Assembly: GCF_963676685.1 (NCBI RefSeq)
Contig: NC_092347.1
Location: 80,910,001 to 80,974,000 of the forward strand
Reading direction: 5' to 3'
Length of the DNA: 64,000 nt
Source: Mytilus edulis
Lineage: Eukaryota
Shown: one piece after another, positions 36,960 through 49,175 of the stretch
Layout of the letters: each line of letters starts with the position of its first letter
How positions within the stretch are numbered: the first letter of the stretch is position 1
Position numbers and translations under genes: made by a program
Notes under the pieces: generated by a model
The model's database searches: none
What the model saw: only the letters and a program-made list of their open reading frames with translations
Told to the model about the DNA's origin: nothing

Positions 36960-39179
36960 TCAATAAATTTTAAGCTCACGACTAATTTGTTCAAAGACGG
37001 CCAGAATATGCATAAGCATTATACATATGTGGTAAGTTGCTGCATTTTGTACTCTATTGTCCGCTAAAGAAATTGACTCCTGAAAGCAACTTAAAGCCTG
37101 TTGATATTTTCCATTCAAATAATAACAGTTCCCAAGAAGATTAAGAGCACGATACCTTTGATATCCGCCCTTAATGCTTTCAATAGTTGATTGTAATTGT
37201 TCTAATGTATTTTCTAATTCCTTTCGCTTTCCAATTTTAAAGTATCCAAAACAAAGTAAAAATTGTGCGTAAACGCATGGATGAAATAAAATGGAATCAT
37301 TATATTTGTTTTCTTGGTTCAATTGTGTGACACAGCATTCGTATCCAACAGGTATTGGAACACAATGAATATCATTTGGCGAAAATACAACATCAAAAGC
37401 ATGAGGCATCTCTTTTCCCTTGTTTCTGATATTTTGTTGTTGTTCTGGAATTCCTTCTATTGTCAGCTGTATACATCTTTTCTCAGAACAACGTCCAGCA
37501 TACACTAAGACGTTGTCGACTTTCAGGATTTCCAGAACCATTTTGTTTGCAATGGCAACTTGACCTTCGTTTAGGAGAACCGAGGCAATATAAAGCATTC
37601 CGGACATATGATCAATGGGACTTCCACGTCCAATACTATCAATAGCTGCCTCTACCGTGAAAAAACTTTCATCGATACACTCCCGATATCTATCGTAATT
37701 TATTGGACTTTTGACATATCTATAATAAAGCATTCCAACTCTGATACTATAAAAATACCATGCCGATATGAACATCTTCTCCTCTGATTTAATTCCTTGA
37801 AATGACAGTTTGTCATCCAATGTAAAGAAATCCTTTACTATCAGTCCTGCAATTTCTTTTTCATCGTATTTAAAACTACTCAAACATATTTTGAATTCAA
37901 ACACGTGCGAATGGATGTCTCGATATGTCTCTTCGGTTGCAGAATACAATTCATTCAGATGAGGAAGAAGTTTACTGCGTTGCAAAAAAACAGTTTTATT
38001 TTTTTCACTAGTTTCCCATATGTCTGCAAGTTCTTTTATATCATTCAAACATTCAAGCACACTGGTTTCTATATTGTTCATTATTTCTCCTATTTTAGTT
38101 AGAGCAAATATTTTGTATGTTTCGTTTTTCAGTTTATTTGCAAACAAGTTTCTACTTCTATGGAAATAATGCTCTAACGCCTCGTTTTCTATGCACACTA
38201 AAAGTCTTCCAAAACAGTTGATCATACACGGCAAAAGATTATCGTGTTTCCACATAGATATGCCTCGTTCTTCTGATAACCAAAACATGTTAGTTTTCAA
38301 GTGATAAGAACTCAGCTCATCAGAGATAGTCGGTTCAACGTATTTTTTCAACAATTTCTTCATTAATACATAGCAATGGAGTTGTGTGTCGTTAAAGTTC
38401 CACACCAATTCTCTTTCTTGTAGTAAAAAAGATATTCGCCACTCCCGTGAAAAATTAGAAGAAATCCTATCTCCCACAGGAACCGCGTGACAACTTTGCT
38501 TCTTGATTGTATCTATTGTTTCGGTTTTCGGCCAATCATGCAAACGTTTTCTTCTAAACCACTCATTGGCCTCATAAGGCCACTCTTCACATTCGAGACC
38601 ATAAGCATGGTCCTTCTCACCTTTAACCTTTCCTATGTGTCTTCCTAATGAAGAATTTATCTCGGACATTGCGCATGGACCATGTCGTTCCTGCGGCGGC
38701 ACACAAAAACCAAGACGTTTCGGTAAATTTACAAAAAAATTAACAAACTTGTCGCTAGAAAGAAATATTCCATCGTTTTGTTCCTCAAGTAAATTTTTAA
38801 TACTGCCTTGACAGGCTTGTAAAAAAACGCATTCTTCATCACCCAAGTGGTTAACTTGAAGTCTGCAATATCCAGGTTGGCTAACATTCGCATTCAACTC
38901 GAAAACATGGCCATGAACAAGTGCTGCTTTTTCTTTCGACATACAAACAGTTATATCGTGTACTACCGTCATTTGATCAAAGTCACTCTCTTTTGTTTCA
39001 GTGCCTTCTGCCTGACTGCCAGCATATATAGTATCAATCCTGTGTTTGTGTATGAATTCAATTACTTGTGTTGACGACTTCGAAAGGCGTGTTAACTTCT
39101 CACTAATGCCATTAATGCCATTAATGCGCAGTGCTTTGCTTACAAGTTTTGATATTTCTTTCGAGTCGTCGTTTGACAT
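36960..39179 (-). CDS. cGAS-like receptor (Mab-21/MB21D nucleotidyltransferase) with C-terminal TPR-like helices, 739 aa, single coding exon
   Basis: NTase signature YAGSQAEG...ESDFDQM, then PGYCRL, HGPC, third acid in EKDHAYGL, WPYEANEWFRRKRLHDWP, CHAVPVG, EWRISFLLQERELV, LSSYHLKTNMFW, HYFHRSRNLF. TPR-like ALNLLGNCYYLNGKYQQALSCFQESI. Splice acceptor tatttcag lies 8 nt before ATG 39179. Confidence 0.9.
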   Translation of the reverse strand: MSNDDSKEISKLVSKALRINGINGISEKLTRLSKSSTQVIEFIHKHRIDTIYAGSQAEGTETKESDFDQMTVVHDITVCMSKEKAALVHGHVFELNANVSQPGYCRLQVNHLGDEECVFLQACQGSIKNLLEEQNDGIFLSSDKFVNFFVNLPKRLGFCVPPQERHGPCAMSEINSSLGRHIGKVKGEKDHAYGLECEEWPYEANEWFRRKRLHDWPKTETIDTIKKQSCHAVPVGDRISSNFSREWRISFLLQERELVWNFNDTQLHCYVLMKKLLKKYVEPTISDELSSYHLKTNMFWLSEERGISMWKHDNLLPCMINCFGRLLVCIENEALEHYFHRSRNLFANKLKNETYKIFALTKIGEIMNNIETSVLECLNDIKELADIWETSEKNKTVFLQRSKLLPHLNELYSATEETYRDIHSHVFEFKICLSSFKYDEKEIAGLIVKDFFTLDDKLSFQGIKSEEKMFISAWYFYSIRVGMLYYRYVKSPINYDRYRECIDESFFTVEAAIDSIGRGSPIDHMSGMLYIASVLLNEGQVAIANKMVLEILKVDNVLVYAGRCSEKRCIQLTIEGIPEQQQNIRNKGKEMPHAFDVVFSPNDIHCVPIPVGYECCVTQLNQENKYNDSILFHPCVYAQFLLCFGYFKIGKRKELENTLEQLQSTIESIKGGYQRYRALNLLGNCYYLNGKYQQALSCFQESISLADNRVQNAATYHICIMLMHILAVFEQISRELKIY

Positions 39180-41120
39180 GGCTACATCTGAAATAGAAGG
39201 CAAAATGAAATAATAAACACTACGGTCAAGACGTAAATTTCATTGCTTTAAGCGCTTTCCGGGATTTTCATTCTCATCAGCAACGGTCAGATTCAAAAAT
39301 TTCTATAATGTTTGAGTATTACCAAAATTTAAGATTAATAAAAAGTATATTAAAAGCTTGCTTCAAGAATAACGGTTCATTTTCATGCGGTGCTTTATAT
39401 AGGTATAAGTTTTAATTTCATCAACAAAAGTTTAAGAATGGCGGGTATTATTGACACCATTTTTTTTAATCGATACAAGCAACTAGTATAGGTAATCATA
39501 CGGTCTTCAATGCACTTCAAAAGCTCGTTTCTGTCATAACAAGGTATAGAGAAAAACAGGAGATACATGTACCATAAATACCGAACTCCGGGGAAAATTT
39601 AAAAATAGGGGAAAGTCCATAAACAACTGGCAAAACCAAATGCTCGAACACATAAATTAACAGAACGACTGGAAAACAACCGTCATATTCATGGCTTGGT
39701 GGGTTAATTCTGGTTTCATAGCTAGCTAAACCTCAAACTTGTATGACAGTTGCGTTAAATTCAAACAAATTAAGTGTGAGCAACAAAAAAGACACAATAA
39801 GTAAATGTGACAATGATTGGGATATATTATCACAGTGATGAATGTGAAATATTTCAAACTAGAAACACTGATCTATTAACATAACTATGAACCATTGTTT
39901 TTATTAAATAAAGCATAAAGCGACCATCACTAAATAACAGGCTCCATGACATATGATATATATAGATTAACATGACATTTTTTTATATCAGACCCCTTAG
40001 CAGCCCTAGGTAGGTCATGATATCAGCCCTAGAGCCGACAGTTTTTTTTAGGGGCGCTGTGATTGGTTGTAAGGGTACAATAAAAAAAAAATTATCCATG
40101 AATAACCGGTCTGTTTATTTACAATATAAATTTTGAAACCTCTTGAAATATTTTCTAGAGAATTATTCGAAAAGACTTCCAAATTTTAATAAATTTGGTG
40201 TAAAATTACGGTGGGCATGGATAACATAAACAAGCTCCGTTGGAAGTTTGTCATGATACTATTTGGCTTCAATTTTTAAAACAGCACACATAACTGTTTT
40301 ATCCAGGTTATTATTATAAAAAGTGGTAAATTTAGAAAATGTTAGAATTGTCGCCTTTGGCAGAATAAATAGTACCGTTTTCCCTTATATTTTCTATTCG
40401 TATGTAAAAAAAAACGATAATTAATCACCCAGATGTATGATTTTAGTTTAAAGCAACTATGTGCACAGTATTTATTTGGTTTATACTGTTTGATTTTGAA
40501 GAAATGCCGATAAAGGTAGCTGAACTATTCCTTATACTATTCTATATTGATATTCTTGTAATTATTATCATAAAATGCATCAAATAACATAATTAGAAAC
40601 CTAATCTTGATTTATATCCAAATTTATTTGTTTACCTGTGACATTACTTTTTGTGGCGTTAATCCATTCGTGTTACAGACACACAGTTCGTAATTCTATT
40701 ATAAGCTGTTTTTATGTACTGTCCTAAATTATTTTAGTTACTCGTTTATTTGTACTTTGTTCCCGTCATGTAGTGTTGTCATTTTAGTGGTATATTCAAC
40801 ATTGCCATTTAGCGCGGAGGTTTGGCTAGCCATAAAACCAGGTTCTATTTTCTAGAAAATTTGATTTCCAAGAGACATATCTCTTTAAGTATTCGGACTC
40901 GAGTCGGATTCATAATGTATTGTAAAACCTGTACCTCATGATAATTTCTTTTCATTCGCTTTCACAACAAAACACAAGCTAGCTGCGTTGTTCAATCATC
41001 CCCCGAATATCAAATGTTCGTTCCCTTCACTAGTATATGTTATCTAGTGAATGAATAGTTTCATCGAAAATTGTATCAAAATAAAATAAAATTGAGCATT
41101 ATAATTCTATTTCGATACTT

Positions 41121-41170
41121 ACCAAAGTTCACAGTATAATTTCAGCTTTTAAAAACTGTTGTGTAAGAAG
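41121..41170 (-). other. Candidate non-coding first exon of the cGLR gene
   Basis: Strong donor TTG|GTAAGT at 41121/41120 on the minus strand with a TATAAGA-like box near 41176-41182. Nearest good donor upstream of the 39187 acceptor. No transcript evidence. Confidence 0.4.
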
Positions 41171-42234
41171 CTATTTCTTATAAACAAAATGGCAGAACAA
41201 GTCTGTTCGGGTTTTTTTCACAGTTTTCGTGGAAGTCACATGAATGGGAGTTTAATATGACAATGCATAACAAGAAATGTCATGCTCGAAAGGGCAGCTG
41301 TTTCGATATCAGTTACCAAAAAAAACCTGATAAAATCTGATCTGTCTGAACTATTTTAAGATTTAAATGGTGTAAAATACGAATGATCACAATTATGACA
41401 TCCGAGTGTAGATATATCTAAGTATAGAATGAACCACTAAAGGTTAATATTTGTTTATTGTTAAAATGGAAATTATAGTTAAATAGTTTTTTTATTAGCA
41501 GCAAATCTGTGTAAACTTAAATCGAACCAGGAAACGCTGTCGTGAAATAAGAGGTAACACATATGCTCTGTTGGAATGTTGCTACAAACCTGAAATCATT
41601 TTCTTTGTCTGAAGGTTATTCTAAACTATCATTACTGAAAGCGATATTGGACTGTTGGATGAAAAGTACAAATCTAATGCAGGTGATATTTATGTGAATT
41701 AGCATCTTAAAACTTGTTTCGGATATTTTTGAAAAAACACGGTCAAAATATCCATAGACTATATAAAAGTGTTGACAATTGAATGAGCGATAAACAGTCT
41801 ATTCGGATCGGAAAATGTATAAATCCAATTCAATGAAAAACAAACATGCATGATCAATGTTGATGTGAATTTGTTGCTGTCAAAGAAACCAGTAGATTAC
41901 GAATGACGCGATCTATCAAAAAAGTAGACTTTCTTTTAACCTCCAATGTTTAACTAGTATAGTTCTGACACAAACTCGTAGAATGTGGAAATCTTATTTA
42001 GAGTTGTCGTTGGAGAAAAACCATTACATATTGAGTCAAAAGAATTCGTTAGAAATGTATACATAGTAAATTTGAGATCTGATTTACATCATGAGTAATA
42101 GATAAAATAGAAATAGATAAAACATTTTCAAATTTAAGCTTATTTTCAGATTTTTTTTTTTACATTTTTCATTTCTGGGCTTTTCATACATTCAATTCAA
42201 CTAGTGGTCCATAGTAATTCAAAATTCATTTTAA

Positions 42235-42950
42235 AGTACCTGGAATAGACAATATCAGACCATGATTGCAGAAAGAATTATCAATAGAAATAGCTCAAAT
42301 TATTACAATCATTTTTTTTTAAATATCGATTGAAACCGGGGACCTGACTGTAGCAATGCCAACATTAGTCAAGTATTCGTGTAAGAAGAGCGGTATCACG
42401 TATTCATGAAAGAAGAGAGGTATAGAGTGGAGAACTATCGATCAATATATTTGACCTGCATCTACTGCAAACTTCTAAACACATAATTACAAGCCACAGC
42501 ATAAACCATGCAGAAAGCTACCAAATTCTCAACCCATAACAACCGTGACGACTTTCGTTCTAAACGTTTACGCGAAACACAATTTATTGAATTTGTGGAA
42601 GAAAACACCACCAACATGAATTTAGGGGAACAAACAGACATTTATTAGAGATGGCCCAGAACGAATGTGATGAATAAATAAACACTATGATTAAGTGTAA
42701 GCAAGTATAACTTATAATTAGCAAGATGCTCAATTACTTATAATAGAAATCGTTGGAACAAAGGCGAAGAAGATGCAAGACCTACCCTGCACTTTGAAAT
42801 TACAAACAATAAAATTGTCGCAACAAAGAAATGTCGTCTGATATCACCAAAACGACAATCCAAAAACATGAATGACAGAAGCTTTTTAATTACGTATATA
42901 TTCTTTTTTCCCAACGAACCAACAGAGATTGGAACTTTCAAAGCCTACGT
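42235..42950 (+). mobile_element. Highly degraded LINE (CR1/L2/Crack-like) ORF2 remnant
   Basis: Broken frames read KELSIEIAQIITIIF, ANISQVF, ENYRSIYLTCIYCKLL (NYRPISLT-like), GEQTDI, and a C-terminal FFP-RT-DWN-like motif. Confidence 0.7.
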
Positions 42951-43155
42951 AACAAAGCTGAACCAAATTCAAAACATTATCGGAGGAGGTTGTCCGTATG
43001 CGTATTAAAGTCATAGTAGATTAGTCAGTTCGTTGAATGTAAGCATTATCTGGTCGAGGCAGACGGTGCAGATCAGTGAACGTGCACAAAGTTTAATGTA
43101 GTGTTCAAAACCAGATTCTAGTCGATTCTCGGTCGAAAGTTAGTCTCTATTTTAA

Positions 43156-45789
43156 GGGGTGTTGCTAAACGGTGGAAACGGAAAACGGAACGGAAACGGA
43201 AAACGGAAAAAGAAAGAATTAGCATAATTTTTTTTGGTTATTTTATCTACATAGGCCTATGTTGTCTTTTTTATATGCTAATTTTTTATTAGAAATGATT
43301 TTTTAGCAAACTAGGCGGTACTATGGAAAGCGGCATAACTCTTTGTCCTTATTCGGGAGAAACGCAAATACCAAGTTATTCCTTCCCCTGATCATGTTTA
43401 TGATCTCAGAAGGCGCTTCAGTTGCAGTTAGGAGTGGCAGGAAAATTTTGGAACTAAAAATTATACCCACCATCCCTCCCTGGATAGCTAATTCGGATTT
43501 TTCATTATTTTTGAACCAATTTAAATTTAAATATTTTAATTTTGTTTAATAATGGGTATTGAGTATTCATGTTTTATTTGGTTAAACAATATGTCAATGT
43601 TTATATTCGAATGTAACACCATCTCTGATGGGCGAATGTAACCCCATCTTTGATGGGGTGGGTCAATAAGGTAACTCAGGCGCGTAGCTACGTTTACGTC
43701 AAAACGCCCGGGCGTACACTTGAATTTTGATAAAAATCATATTTTTATCTAAATAAAATACAAATTACTTATAAATAGTACATCAGCCCTGTAAATCTTT
43801 TTCAAATGCGAATAAAAGTGACGAATTTTACTTTTCAAACAAAAGGTATCATATATTATAGATTTGTTTATTGTCTTTCAAAGTCTGAATCTACTAGTTG
43901 TGAATCTTCAGAGAATTTTACTAACTTTTCTTCTATTTAAATGAATTCATTATCTTCTGTGAATCGATATGTGGTTTGCACTTTTGTCGAGGCTGTGATA
44001 TTTCTATATGTCGCAAAAGCAATACATATATGATTCTAAATTTCGTCGGGAGTGTCAGTAGGATAAGTGTGTTTGTTGAAAGCTGTTTATTTTAAATATC
44101 AATACCTTAAGCAAACCTTTGTATGGAAGTTGGACAGAAACTATTCATGACAAAAAAGAGTATCTAGAGTATAACGATGAAATTATATGTTTAATCTTGC
44201 CATATTTAGAATAAATAAAAAAATCTTTGTTGCACAAGAAGATACAGTCTGGGATAAAAGTTTGTTATATATCAATTATTTTGTCAAACCTTTATTGGAT
44301 TTTATGATGGAAGAAGCTTTTTTTCTGAATAATGTCTGAATCAAAATTTTGAAAGCATTTTTTTCTTCTTCCATTGTTTCAGTTTTAAAAAGGTCTTATC
44401 TTTACGCAATTTAACAATCTGGAACTTGTTCACATGATAAATTCATAAACCTTAATAGATTTTCGTTAAAATTGGGTGGAGTCGATATTCCAAGAAAAGT
44501 AAAAATATCTAAAAAAAAAAAAAAAAGTTTTTTTTTTGTAAATCCCGTAAAAGATAGATAATTAAATGCATTTATTTTTGGCGGGGAGCAATACCAGCCG
44601 AGAACCAGTATTCAACAGAAACCTTCCGAACATTAATTATTTCATGTTCATTAACGACAATTATCCCATGGCTCCTTTTAAACATATTATAAAGAAACTG
44701 GTTTAGACTTTTCTATATATCCAATGACCATTAGATTCCAAATTAACACGATGAATAAACTAAAAAAAACAATAAAAATAAACCATTTAAATTCTTTGAG
44801 TATGTTGCTATTGATGAGAATTTTCAATAAAGGGAACGGTATCTCATTCTTGATAACCTGTTAGCTTACGGGGACTTGAGCCTTCGCCCCGTTGAGCCAA
44901 CTACCAACAGGTGCTATGGCTAAGGCCCTCAGACCCCTCGCCTAGGTTCGGGCGTACACGTTAAAATGACCTAGCTACGCCACTGTGGACCTGTTTGATG
45001 TTGTCCAATTTACCACGACTCTTTGCTTGCGGAAGCATAAGAATGAATAAACCCAACATTGAGTTTTATCTGGTTTCCTGTAACTGTTTAATTTCAGTTT
45101 ATATGGGGCTTTTTCAAAACATAACATTAATATGTCTGTAACGTGTCCTTATCGATGTTTTGGCGCAATCATTAATGACGCCACATAATTGCAACTGGGA
45201 TATTTAAGAAAAGCATTAATAATAATCTATCTGATTACGCATTATGTTGGATCCTACTTTATGATCACCTTTCAGGTAATGCATGTTTGAGATAATTAGC
45301 GCAAATGCACAAATATCTGCTCGGGTATTACGCCGGTGTTGATGACTGGTGTTTGTGCCAATTATCTTGAAAACCGTATTTAAAAGATTGCTAAAACCTT
45401 TCAAAACAAAAATGATCAACAAGATAAGATCTACATACTAGTCAAAGTTTTGTTACAGTAAAGTAGACTTTTTCAAGTACTGAGTGCCCTTAAATGTCGA
45501 CGTTTTTAATCATCTCTTGTGTTTTGGGTTAAAAAGTAAAGATAGAGTGATTTTTGTCATGGTTTATTCAAGTCTATAATGTTGGAGAGTTCCCATTGTT
45601 TAGATGCACACAGACCTAGATGAAATGTCAACATATTTGTTGCGTGATTTTGTTAATCCAGTCGTTATTGATTTTCGTAGTTCTTTCCATTTCCCCCCTT
45701 ATATTCCGTCCATAGAAATATTTCTTTCCGTTTTCCTTTCCGTTTCTCTTTCCGTTCCGTTTTCCGTTTCCGCCGTTTAGCAACACCCC
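43156..45789. mobile_element. 2.6-kb non-autonomous TIR element (MULE/hAT-like TSD)
   Basis: TIR GGGGTGTTGCTAAACGG plus (AAACGG)n subterminal repeats. Perfect TSD TATTTTAA at 43148-43155 and 45790-45797, extendable to 10 bp CTATTTTAAG. No transposase ORF. Confidence 0.88.
43677..44985. mobile_element. Nested short-TIR element
   Basis: CAGGCGCGTAGCTA ... TAGCTACGCCACTG, with GGGCGTACAC near both ends. No TSD seen. Confidence 0.6.
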
Positions 45790-45856
45790 TATTTTAAGAG
45801 GGTCGGACAAACGAGTTTACTTAGAACAGGTATTTTAAAGTCAGACATGCAGGATT

Positions 45857-48270
45857 TGTCTCTGTTTCAGATCTAATATATGTACAAAATCATTACTAAA
45901 ACTTACTAAATACTAGATCAAAGAGGGACGAAAGATACCAAAGGGACAGTCAAACTCATAAATCTAAAACAAACTGACAACGCCATGGCTAAAAATAAAA
46001 AAGACAAACAGAAAAACAATAGTACACACGACACAACATAGAAAACTAAAGAATAAACAACACGAACCCCACCAAAAACTAGGGGTGATCTCAGGTGCTC
46101 CGGAAGGGTAAGCAGATCCTGCTCCACATGTGGCACCCGTCGTGTTGCTTAAGTGATTACAAATCCGGTAAATAGTCTAATTCGGTAGGTCATATTCATG
46201 AAAGGGAAGGGGATTGTAGTTACGACGTAAGGAACATATCCGATATCATTTGTGAAACGGTTATTCCATAACGGTCAACCAACTCGTGATGGCGTCCGTA
46301 AAATTTACGAAGGGATGATTTCAACTTCACCATTTGGAACTCTTGGTTTAATAGCTTCCTTGTGAGCAGCAAACCTCTATCAAGAAAATCATGATAGGAA
46401 ATGCAAGCACGGGAATATCGTATCAATTGGGAGATATATACCCCGTAGATCAACTGTGCTGGTGTGAATTGCCTCTGTTTCAGATCTAATATATGTACAA
46501 AATCATTACTTAAACTTACCAAATACCAGATCTAATATATGTTCAAAATCATTACTCAAAATTACTAAATACCAGATCTAATATATGTACAAAATCATTA
46601 CTCAAACTTACTAAATACCAGATCAACTGTACTGGTGTGAATTGTCTCGGTTTCAGAGCTGATATAATTTTTATGTACAAAAACATTACTAAAACTTACT
46701 AAATACCAGATCAACTGTACAGGAATTGTCTCTGTTTCAGATCTAATATATGTACAAAATCATTACTTAAACTTACCAAATACCAGATCTAATATATGTT
46801 CAAAATCATTACTCAAAATTACTAAATACCAGATCTAATATATGTACAAAATCATTACTCAAACTTACTAAATACCAGATCAACTGTACTGGTGTGAATT
46901 GTCTCGGTTTCAGAGCTAATATAATTTTTATGTACAAAATCATTACTAAAACTTACTAAATACCAGATCAACTGTACAGGAATTGTCTCTGTTTCAGATC
47001 TAATATATGTACAAAATCATTACTTAAACTTACCAAATACCAGATCTAATATATGTTCAAAATCATTACTCAAAATTACTAAATACCAGATCTAATATAT
47101 GTACAAAATCATTACTCAAACTTACTAAATACCAGATCAACTGTACTGGTGTGAATTGTCTCGGTTTCAGAGCTAATATAATTTTTATGTACAAAATCAT
47201 TACTAAAACTTACTAAATACCAGATCAACTGTACAGGAATTGTCTCTGTTTCAGATCTAATATATGTACAAAATCTTTACTAAAACTTACTAAATACCAG
47301 ATCAACTGTACTGGTGTGAATTGTCTCTGTTTCAGATGTAATATATATGTACAAAATCATTACTAAAACTTATTAAATACCAGATCAACTGTACTGGTGT
47401 GAATTGTCTCTATTTCAGATCTAATATATGTACAAAATCTTTACTAAAACTTACTAAATACCAGATCAACTGTACTGGTGTGAATTGTCTCTGTTTCAGA
47501 TGTAATATATATGTACAAAATCATTACTAAAACTTATTAAATACCAGATCAACTGTACTGGTGTGAATTGTCTCTGTTTCAGATTTAATATATGTACAAA
47601 ATCATTACTAAAACTTACTAAATACCAGATCAACTGTACTGGTGTGAATTGTCTCGGTTTCAGAGCTAATATAATTTTTATGTACAAAATCATTACTAAA
47701 ACTTACTAAATACCAGATCAACTGTACAGGAATTGTCTCTGTTTCAGATCTAATATATGTACAAAATCATTACTTAAACTTACCAATACCAGATCTAATA
47801 TATGTTCAAAATCATTACTCAAAATTACTAAATACCAGATCTAATATATGTACAAAATCATTACTAAAACTTACTAAATACCAGATCTAATATATGTACA
47901 AAATCATTACTAAAACTTACTAAATACCAGATCTAATATATGTACAAAATCATTACTCAAAATTACTAAATACCAGATCTAATATATGTACAAAATCATT
48001 ACTAAAACTTACTAAATACCAGATCAACTGTACTGGTGTGAATATTCTCTGTTTCAGATCTAATATATGTACAAAATCATTACTAAAACTTACTAAATAC
48101 CAGATCAACTGTACAGGAATTGTCTCTGTTTCAGATCTAAAATATGTTCAAAATCATTACTAAAACTTACTAAATACCAGATCAACTGTACAGGAATTGT
48201 CTCTGTTTCAGATCTTATATATTTACAAAATCATTACTAGAACTTACTTAATACCTGATCAACTGTACTG
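45857..48270. repeat. Modular minisatellite with a higher-order 257-bp period
   Basis: About 46-bp module (CAGATCTAATATATGTACAAAATCATTACTAAAACTTACTAAATAC) alternating irregularly with a 31-35-bp module (CAGATCAACTGTAC[TGGTGT]GAATTGTCTCTGTTT). Variant CAGAGCT at 46654, 46911, 47168, 47661. Confidence 0.92.
45922..46445 (-). mobile_element. 5'-truncated Penelope-like retroelement fragment inserted in the satellite
   Basis: Encodes YGVYISQLIRYSRACISYHDFLDRGLLLTRKLLNQ...LKSSLRKFYGRH (Penelope-like RT C-terminal region) plus 3' UTR. 8-bp TSD TAGATCAA at 45914-45921 and 46446-46453. Confidence 0.8.
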
Positions 48271-49044
48271 ATTTGTACATTTAGACACCGTGATAGTAAT
48301 TACCATTTAGTAAGATACGATCTTCTTCTTCTTCATAATATTTTCAAAATTATACAAGAGCATACCAATGATTATATTGTTTACATATGAAACCAAAAGT
48401 GATCCGTGAATTTTGTTTAAATATTTGGATTAAGTTAGTAATAACCAAATTAAAGACAAAATTCCAACGGCAATAAATATTTACATTTAAAGTATGTACA
48501 TTTTATTTTCCAGTAGTTGTTGTTTGTCAAAATGATCTTGAAAATGTGTAACACTTATCAATTCAAAGTTTTAAAAAGTTTTCAAATTTTAGATTTTTTA
48601 AATTTTGATCAAAGATTTAAAATATCAAATTTCCGAATTGTGTAAAAGTTTTGAAATTTTGAAATCTTAACCAAATATTTTAAATATTTTAAAAAAATTC
48701 TAAATATCGTTTTTAGATCTGATAGTTTAGCAATTTGATCAAACTTTTAAAATACTAAACCTAACGTACAATTTTGATTATTTCACTCTTTGAAAGTTTG
48801 ATATTTTAAATTTTAAACGAAATAAAAGGGTACTCGCAAAAATATTGTTTTAAAACACCATGAAGACAAAGAATAGGCAATTGAGTTGGCTGCTGGCAAT
48901 GGGGTGGACATATTCGCATTCTTGATATATTTTATATAAAAAATATATTGAAATGGTATGAAATTATTTTAAACCATAACGTGCAAATAATTGATATTGT
49001 GTTGAAGAAATTTTGTGTGGTGATAACGTTATAATGGTGCATAA

Positions 49045-49175
49045 CAGAGGCGGATTTAGAGGGTTTTTCAGGGGGCCCGGGCCCCCCTTATCTGGGAAAA
49101 ATGGTTGATTAAATAGGGAATCACTGAAGCATGACAGGAGCGGGTCCCTCTTAGGAAGTCAGAGGGCCGCCACTG
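49045..49175. mobile_element. Short MITE
   Basis: CAGAGGCGG ... CCGCCACTG termini, internal GGGGGCCCGGGCCCCC palindrome, CATAA on both flanks. Confidence 0.65.

Noticed and set aside
39259-39272. NF-kB-like site GGGATTTTCA near the cGLR
   Set aside because: Single imperfect match inside a decayed intronic repeat; not distinguishable from chance.
39225-39292. Hammerhead-ribozyme-like CTGATGA...GAAA on the minus strand just before the cGLR acceptor
   Set aside because: Stem II does not close correctly and no convincing stems I or III; at most a decayed repeat remnant.
45857-48270. CRISPR-like array
   Set aside because: No unique spacers (both modules repeat), no cas genes, eukaryotic context.
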